Positions 57,264-64,000 of a DNA stretch of 64,000 nucleotides are shown one piece after another. The position numbers were made by a program, and so were the translations under genes. Under the pieces are notes generated by a model that ran no database searches, was not told where the DNA came from, and saw only the letters and a list, made by a program, of their open reading frames with translations. Source of the stretch: Picochlorum sp. SENEW3. Taxonomy: Eukaryota. The stretch covers positions 744,001 through 808,000 of the forward strand of contig CP120461.1 of NCBI GenBank assembly GCA_034226945.1, in the 5' to 3' direction. The number at the start of each line of letters is the position of its first letter. Within the stretch, counting starts at the first letter, position 1.

Positions 57264-59149
57264 ATGTGCGGAATTTTGGCCGCCCTTGGGGTCACCGGAG
57301 ACGCAGAGGTCAATAGAAGGGATGTTTTGAAGCTTTAGTAGCTTCTCCGTCACAGAGGGCCCGATGCAAGTGCTATTTATCAGGCGCCAGATGGTAGGGC
57401 ATTCATTGCTTTTGAGCGTCTGAGCATCGTCGATCCAAGCGATTCTGGAAAGTACGTGATAGATACATACATGAGCGATTGATTGATCATCCATGCTGTG
57501 TGAATGGCAATGCGACTAACATCTGTTTGTTGTGCCCTTGTGTGCAGCCAGCCCTTCCAAATCAAGACTCCAGAAGGGAACATTACATGGGCCTTGTACG
57601 TTTCGTGTGCTCGTCGATTGTGATATGTGCATGTTCTAATGTATGTAATTTGTTGTCATGGCGCAGGAATAGTGAGATTTACAACCACGAGGAAATTAGA
57701 GCAGGAAAGCTTGCTGGTGTGAACAACCCATCTAAATCAGATTCATCTATTGTTGGGTACTTGTACGAGAAATACGGGGAATCCAACGAGCTTTGGAACA
57801 GTTTGGATGGCATTTTTGCATGCGTGATCTGGGATGAGCGTGATGGAAGCTTCGTTGCTGCCAGGGATGCGATTGGGATTTGCAGTTTGTACTGGGGCAA
57901 GGGGTCCGATGGATCCACATGGTTTGCCAGTGAGATGAAATCCTTGCAGACGCGATGCGAATGGGTCGACACCTTCCCTCCAGGATATGTGTACCGAAGT
58001 AAAACTGGGACTCTTGAGAGGTGGCACAACCCAGTGTGGATGGACGAATCTTACATTGGTGATCAACCTGCCAATTTTGATCTCATTCGCCAAACATTCA
58101 TCGATGCAGTGAAGAAGAGATTGATGTCTGATGCTCCATTGGCAGTTTTGCTGTCTGGTGGTTTGGACTCCTCCCTCGTGGCATCCGTTGCAGTAAGACA
58201 TGTTAAAGAGACAACCAATGCCTTTGATCCAGATCACAAGATGCATACATTCTCTATTGGAATTGCTGGCTCCCCGGATTTGAAAGCAGCCCGTAAAGTT
58301 GCCGACTTTTTAGGAACTCAGCATCACGAATTTACTTTTACTGTGGAGGAGGGAATTGATGCGTTGCATGACTTGATTTGGCACATTGAATCGTATGAAC
58401 AGGTTCGTGCTGCTGTACCAATGTATCTCTTGGCGAGAAAGATCAAGGCTCTTGGCATCAAGGTAGTGTTGTCCGGAGAAGGAGCTGACGAGGAGTTGGG
58501 AGGATATTTGTATTTCCACAAGGCCCCAAGTCCTGCAGAATATCATAAAGAATGCGTCAGACTTGTCAAGAGATTGTACAAATTTGACGTCATGAGAGCG
58601 AATAAAGCACCTTTTGCCTTTGGAGTCGAAACTCGTGTTCCATTCCTTGATAAGGCTTTCCTTGACCTCACAATGACCATGGACGCCAGGGAGAAGATGC
58701 CAGATCTCAGCGTCAAACCAGATGGTGTACACCCAAAGTTGGAAAAGTATGTGCTCAGAAAAGCATTTGATGTTAAAGACAAACCATACTTGCCAGAGGA
58801 AGTATTGTGGCGTCAAAAGGAGCAGTTTAGTGATGGAGTCGGATATGATTGGGTTGATGGATTGAAAGAGTATGCGAATAAAGTAATCAGTGATGAAGTC
58901 TGGGAGAATAGAGAAATGCGGTTCCCAGAACACACTCCCCGAACCAAGGAATATTTCCTTCTTAGAACAATTTTTGAAGGGCACTTCCCCCATCCAGATT
59001 CATTAAAAACTGTTCCAAAAGGTTTATCTATTGCCTGCTCGACGGAAGAAGCTATCAAGTGGGATCCTGAATGGCAGAATGCACATGAAATTAGTGGAAG
59101 AGCTATTGCGTCTGTTCACGAATTCTCTGCTGCAAATGGAAGCGCTTGA
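57264..59149 (+). CDS. ASNS: Glutamine-hydrolysing asparagine synthetase, 3 exons, with two in-frame TAG codons in exon 1 as assembled
   Basis: MCGILA...RHRGPD...RLSIVD, LLSGGLDSS, SGEGADE..GGYLYF, RQKEQFSDGVG. Introns 57452-57547 and 57596-57666. Confidence 0.9.
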
Positions 59150-59238
59150 GACTGTAGCAAATGTGTACAATAGTACACTGTCTTTTTAGATACATGAAAT
59201 TATATTAATGATACAGTAAGGTACCATCAGAACACACT

Positions 59239-60618
59239 TTAGCCAAGCCTCCAATTCTGGCTCCTCCTTCCACCAAAAGAGGACGAGAACCCTGCTGGCC
59301 CGAAACCTCTTCCAGGAAGCCCATGAGGCTGTCCAAAAGGAACTCCAGGCAGTCTATCATAATCACCGCCTATGATACCCGGATACTGGGGTCTACGACT
59401 CCCAGGAAATGGAGGGTAGCTTGGTCCTGGAGGCATTGGCTGCTGCAATCTAGATACATGTCTTCTATCGCGTTTCCTCTCCATGGAAGCAATCATAGCA
59501 GTCTTAAAAATAGATTTAACATAGCCTTGGGTAGTTGATGCTGACGATTCTTGTAGATGTCTCCCTGGAAAATAACGCTCCAGCAACTGCAGCCAAACAG
59601 CATCATCACTGCCCGCATAACTCATCTCTCTACACGTCATTGACAAAGCACACAAATCCTTATAATCCAATTTCGTCAAAATTTGCTGTTTCACGCCTGA
59701 CGGCATCATCACAAGGGACGCCCTGGGACTATAGTTGAGTCCCAAACTCTGAATACTCTTGTACAATAGGGGCAAGCACAGTTCATCCTTGCATACATTC
59801 CAGAATTCCCGGAGGTCGTCATGAAAGCTGTATGAATGTGTTCGAAAAAAGTCATCAAGACAAGGTACCGCACGGAACGTATGCACTACAGTACATCTAT
59901 CATGGCCATCCATTCTTTTCCCAACATGAGCACAAGCAACACAACCACCTCCTGGTAAATTGCTCACACTCATCTCACACACATCTTCCCAGCTTCCATC
60001 TATCTCACCATTGTTTTCAATATTTACATTATACCGAATCTGATGGGCTGAACAAGTCATTCTGCATGGTCCCACAACATCCCCAAAACAGATATTTGAA
60101 TCAAACCCACAAGCAAGCATGGCAGCGTGTATTACGAGTGCCACAGCATCGCTTCTCAAAAGCTGAAGATGATGTTGAAGCACATAATCCCTAGCATCAT
60201 ACAACGTGCGGTCTACAATCCCAATCTGCAACGGCACCAACCCTGCCCTTCCAGATGGGATCTCCTCATCCATGTTCACATCAGCGCATCCCTCAGCAAC
60301 AGGCATCTCCAAAACCCATATCAAATCTCCAGAACACACTCCAACACTTTTCAACGACGTCTTGTCATCATCAATACCCTGATCTGATGAGGACAGAGGG
60401 GTTGTTCCATTCAAAGATACTGACACACCCTTCCATGCTTCAGTCTCATCACTGCCCACATGGCAGCAGATTGACCGTTTCAAATCACCAATGGTGAGAT
60501 TATCGTTGCCTTGAGAACCAGAATGCTCCACATGCAGCACAACAGTAGACTTTTCCTTACCAGAGTCTGCAGGAGCAGTGGCTTTCTTCTTCTTTGGAAA
60601 CCGTACCCGTATCTTCAT
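59239..60618 (-). CDS. FBXO7/SKIP22-like F-box protein (Ubl, FP domain, F-box, Pro-rich tail)
   Basis: MKIRVR...SLNG...SL.SVGV.SGDLI, HAAML..GF, KDELCLPLL, F-box MP..VK..IL..L, IIGGDYDRLP. Confidence 0.85.
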   Translation of the reverse strand: MKIRVRFPKKKKATAPADSGKEKSTVVLHVEHSGSQGNDNLTIGDLKRSICCHVGSDETEAWKGVSVSLNGTTPLSSSDQGIDDDKTSLKSVGVCSGDLIWVLEMPVAEGCADVNMDEEIPSGRAGLVPLQIGIVDRTLYDARDYVLQHHLQLLRSDAVALVIHAAMLACGFDSNICFGDVVGPCRMTCSAHQIRYNVNIENNGEIDGSWEDVCEMSVSNLPGGGCVACAHVGKRMDGHDRCTVVHTFRAVPCLDDFFRTHSYSFHDDLREFWNVCKDELCLPLLYKSIQSLGLNYSPRASLVMMPSGVKQQILTKLDYKDLCALSMTCREMSYAGSDDAVWLQLLERYFPGRHLQESSASTTQGYVKSIFKTAMIASMERKRDRRHVSRLQQPMPPGPSYPPFPGSRRPQYPGIIGGDYDRLPGVPFGQPHGLPGRGFGPAGFSSSFGGRRSQNWRLG

Positions 60619-60943
60619 GGGAGCACATGCAATTGAAAGTCGTATAAATACACTCTACGTCATTTCGAAATACAACGTCTCATGCCTCGGTCCAACATGA
60701 CACATAGGACTGGAACTGATTTCTATTCTAATTCCGAAAGTGAAGAATTCAGAATATTCCTGGTCTGTCGAACTAGACTGTATATCCCATCAAACATCCT
60801 TGTTAAAAGGGGATTGGATAGGTTTGTCGTTCATCACGGAGAACCACACTGGCAAAGCCGTGGCATCTACGCTAGCACGGATACAACTCATTATTATTTC
60901 ATCGTGGTACATTTCCATCGTAGACTATATAGCCTAAAGAACA

Positions 60944-61317
60944 ATGCAGCTGACCAGCGCTTTCGTAGGACAAGCCCATTGGGCGGCTCGCAAACAGGTG
61001 ACCGCAGCGCCTTCCGCATCATCTGGAGCCACTCGTTCTGTCACTTGCATGGCTAAAAAGAAGGGAGTGAGAGTTATTGTTACCTTAGAATGCACTGAGG
61101 CTCGTGCTGAAGGTGCCACTCCATCCAGGTATGTATGAGGGTACACACAGACTTTGCCCCTTTTGATCGGGATTGGAGCCACGTTTGCATCTGATGTCGT
61201 CGTTGTATCTGCAGATATACCACTCAGAAGTCAAAGAAGAATACCCCAGAGCGCATTGAGATGAAGAAGTACAACAAATATCTTCGTAGACACACAGTCC
61301 ACAAGGAGATCAAATAG
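60944..61317 (+). CDS. rpl33: Nucleus-encoded plastid ribosomal protein L33, 2 exons
   Basis: Transit peptide, then [17 protein letters not shown]...[35 protein letters not shown]. Intron 61129-61214. Confidence 0.93.
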
Positions 61318-61408
61318 ATTTGTTGTTCTAGCGTTTTTACTGTAATATTCAACCCTTTTTACAAACAAAAAAGACCGTATGTATATGAACAATGTATTTG
61401 ATTTGCTA

Positions 61409-64000
61409 TCAAGCCTTGCTCTTGACAATCAGCTTGTCTCCCAAGGACAAGGCAATGCCTTGTGTCTTGGAGCGGATTCTGATAAAGCCGCCCAGTTTGC
61501 CATTTGGTAATTTCTCCATGGACACGTTCACCAAGGCATCTTCACCAAAAACAGAGCGTGCATATAGATTTGCTGATAAAAAGGCGATATCTCCTTCCAA
61601 GGCTGATTCCGGAGAGAGGCATCTCATGTTTGTGCATGCTATAATGTGATCCAGGAAGGCCTTTGGATTTGTAAAGGTTGTGTTGATTGCAACCTTATTC
61701 TCCCATTCGAACTCTGCCCACATCGAGCGGAACTGAACATCTGGGCAGTATGCTGGGACAATGTAATCCATAATATCTATGTGGATGTCTGACAGGACAA
61801 CCACTGTCTGGTCTGATCTTCCTGTGGACTCGTACACCAGATTTCCAAAGATTGCGCCAGTTTCTGTTGACGAGACCTTGATATTGGCTCTAATGAATTT
61901 TGATTGACCAGATGCAATGGTGTATGACTGAGGCCTTTCAACCAGTTTCAAATCTCCAAGAGTTGCTAGTTCTAATGTCACATTCTGCAGCGTTTGAGAG
62001 GTTCTGTTTGTCACCGATACATCTAGTACAATATCGTACTGGTGTGAGGTAACGTATGCCTCTGCATAGATCGGGTCGCTGAATCCAGTGAGCTGGACCA
62101 CCTTGGCCAGCCCAGATTTGCTACTGTCCTTTGTAGATTGACCGGCAGCATAGGCAACGTCATCCATGCCCTCGTCTTCTGCTGGTCCCATCGCCTTGTT
62201 CTTCAAGTGTCTAAAGTCAATCAATTCATCTGGTTGAGCAATCTCGTCCTTCTTCTCCTCCATCTTCTCCTCAGCCTCTTGCTCGTGCTTGCTTGCCAAG
62301 AAGGTCTCAAATGAACTTCTGCAACCCTCAACCCACGTTTTCGCATCCACCGAATCTGGATTTGCCATCACATACATACACGCTGCCATTCTATCCCTGG
62401 AGTCATCATCCATTGGATGCAACCCCTCAATAGTTTCGTGCAACTCGCCCACCATCAGCAAGTTTGATATGGTGAGCATCATCTCAGCCGTCATCTTGTT
62501 CAGATCAGTTTGGCTCACATCACCATTAGAACGTACTCGCAGAAGCATCTTTGTCATGCACGAAGACAGCACAGCTGCAAGGAAAAAGTCTCCGCTCAGA
62601 ACCATGCTGCGCAGATTTGGAGCACTGGCATCCAGCCCTGCATCAATGAAACTTGTGGCATACTCCTCTCCTGGAATCGCTGTTTGAGTAGCATATGAAC
62701 CATCAGCGAGAACAGCTGGGCGAGCTTTCACTGTAGTTTGCTGTGGAGAAGAAACCGTGGGAGAAGACAGCGAATCCTCCTCCTCATTCTCAGCAGTCTC
62801 CCTGCCAACAAGTGGCAGAGGGCCAAGGCATGAATTCAACATCTCCAGTGCAGCATTGACCTCTTCTGTTGAGATGCAATGTTCAGCTATGATCCAGAGA
62901 ATGCATGCAGCAACGCGAGAAGTTCGTATCTCAGGGAATGTATCCATCATTCTGTCCACAATATCACGATGCAAATTTGGGTTTGTCTCTGCAATCTCCC
63001 TCAAGAAATACGCCACTTCCAATGCGGAAACAGCATTTGTGTCCGACAAAAAGTCCATAAGCAGATGCAATACTGTTGGCGCAACCTCTGGGTGGCGAAC
63101 AGCACATTGATGAATGGCTCTGACCAACATGGCTCTGTATTCTGTGCCATGCTCAATGTCCTTGTTCTGAGTCTTCATAGCCTCCTTCTTCAAGACAGTC
63201 ACAACTTCATCTACACTTCGAGCGTTCACAAGATCCATGGCAATCGATAACACCTTCTCCCGCACATCCAAGTTGGGAGCTGAAAGTGCCCTCAGCATGT
63301 CCATCAGCATCTCTGACATGATATCTTTGTGCTTCTTCTTCAGCTCTGCCAAACGATCCAATACAATCAGCTTCACATTATTATCACTTTGCTTCACAAG
63401 CAGCTTGCAGAAGCACGATGCTGCAGCCCGAATCGCTGTTGGAGCATTGGACAAGGACACCAATGTGGTTGCACACTCGTACAACACTGACGCTGATCTG
63501 CTATGCAACAATGCCAGAATAATCTTAATATACCTTCCCTTTGCCTGAGGATTCGATCTGCACACTTTTCGAATAAGTTCCAGCACCGCAACTTGGAGAA
63601 CATCACCCCAATCAGCAATTCGCTCAATATTATCAAACAGGTACGCAACAGCTCTATCCTGATCATGCAATGACAACATCTTGAACGCATTCCTCCGAGT
63701 ACCCAAATCCTGCTCCGACCGCAATAGCTTCTCAATCAACTCTGGAGCATCAGGGACCAATAATTCACCCTTTGGAAGCTTGTACACCGCAGACAACGCC
63801 ATCACTGCATTCTTTCTCACATACGAATGCCTATGCTCCAGATTTTGAATAACAGAAGGCACCAGCGGTTCCAACAACTCCTCCTCCGTAATTCTACACA
63901 AGAACCTCAGAGTCACACCACGGATATATTCATTAGGATGCTGCAAATTATTCCTCAAATTCTGGCAAATCAAAATCATCTCTGGCAGCAATTTCCCCTG
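61409..64000 (-). CDS. COPB1: Coatomer subunit beta (5' end outside window)
   Basis: LPEMILICQNLRNNLQHPNEYIRG.TLRFL, QLTGFSDP.YAEA, FR.MWAEFEWENKV, RIRSKTQGIALSLGDK. Confidence 0.97.
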   Translation of the reverse strand, partial: QGKLLPEMILICQNLRNNLQHPNEYIRGVTLRFLCRITEEELLEPLVPSVIQNLEHRHSYVRKNAVMALSAVYKLPKGELLVPDAPELIEKLLRSEQDLGTRRNAFKMLSLHDQDRAVAYLFDNIERIADWGDVLQVAVLELIRKVCRSNPQAKGRYIKIILALLHSRSASVLYECATTLVSLSNAPTAIRAAASCFCKLLVKQSDNNVKLIVLDRLAELKKKHKDIMSEMLMDMLRALSAPNLDVREKVLSIAMDLVNARSVDEVVTVLKKEAMKTQNKDIEHGTEYRAMLVRAIHQCAVRHPEVAPTVLHLLMDFLSDTNAVSALEVAYFLREIAETNPNLHRDIVDRMMDTFPEIRTSRVAACILWIIAEHCISTEEVNAALEMLNSCLGPLPLVGRETAENEEEDSLSSPTVSSPQQTTVKARPAVLADGSYATQTAIPGEEYATSFIDAGLDASAPNLRSMVLSGDFFLAAVLSSCMTKMLLRVRSNGDVSQTDLNKMTAEMMLTISNLLMVGELHETIEGLHPMDDDSRDRMAACMYVMANPDSVDAKTWVEGCRSSFETFLASKHEQEAEEKMEEKKDEIAQPDELIDFRHLKNKAMGPAEDEGMDDVAYAAGQSTKDSSKSGLAKVVQLTGFSDPIYAEAYVTSHQYDIVLDVSVTNRTSQTLQNVTLELATLGDLKLVERPQSYTIASGQSKFIRANIKVSSTETGAIFGNLVYESTGRSDQTVVVLSDIHIDIMDYIVPAYCPDVQFRSMWAEFEWENKVAINTTFTNPKAFLDHIIACTNMRCLSPESALEGDIAFLSANLYARSVFGEDALVNVSMEKLPNGKLGGFIRIRSKTQGIALSLGDKLIVKSKA

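Noticed and set aside
57336..57341. TAG reassignment (alternative genetic code)
   Set aside because: TAG ends conserved genes here at the expected position (RPS16, rpl33), and I saw no other conserved CDS with an internal TAG.

Overview
This is a very gene-dense eukaryotic nuclear window. Short GT-AG introns, plastid and mitochondrial targeting peptides, nuclear plastid rpl33 and TGTAA motifs at gene ends point to a compact chlorophyte green alga (Picochlorum-like trebouxiophyte; this is inference). I can support about 42 protein-coding genes, mostly housekeeping: VPS15, SMC4, NACA, plastid G6PD, NDUFA8, RPS16, RPS24, U2A', RFT1, ETF-QO, DusA, cyclin T, aspartate kinase, EXO1, DENR, RNase J, SNRNP40, ISY1, SNX2, eIF3h, RibA, asparagine synthetase, an FBXO7-like protein and beta-COP. 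Several (NC2-alpha, Borealin-like, PRXL2-like, RAB5IF) were only recognisable after manual splicing. Accessory or surface genes include two GT49s, a GT61, a PL14 lyase, a PAN+DUF285 protein and a secreted Cys-rich protein. Main leads: (1) an Lsm10-like gene followed on the same strand by a structured element with U7-snRNA-like layout, inside a probable long RPS24 5'UTR intron; (2) tandem in-frame TAG TAG in asparagine synthetase exon 1, most simply explained by compensating homopolymer indels; (3) loss of catalytic or regulatory cysteines in G6PD, RibA and DENR; (4) very tight same-strand gene spacing, down to 10 bp, suggesting bicistronic or overlapping transcription. No tRNA, rRNA, CRISPR array or transposase was recognised. 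All family calls come from remembered motifs, not database searches.
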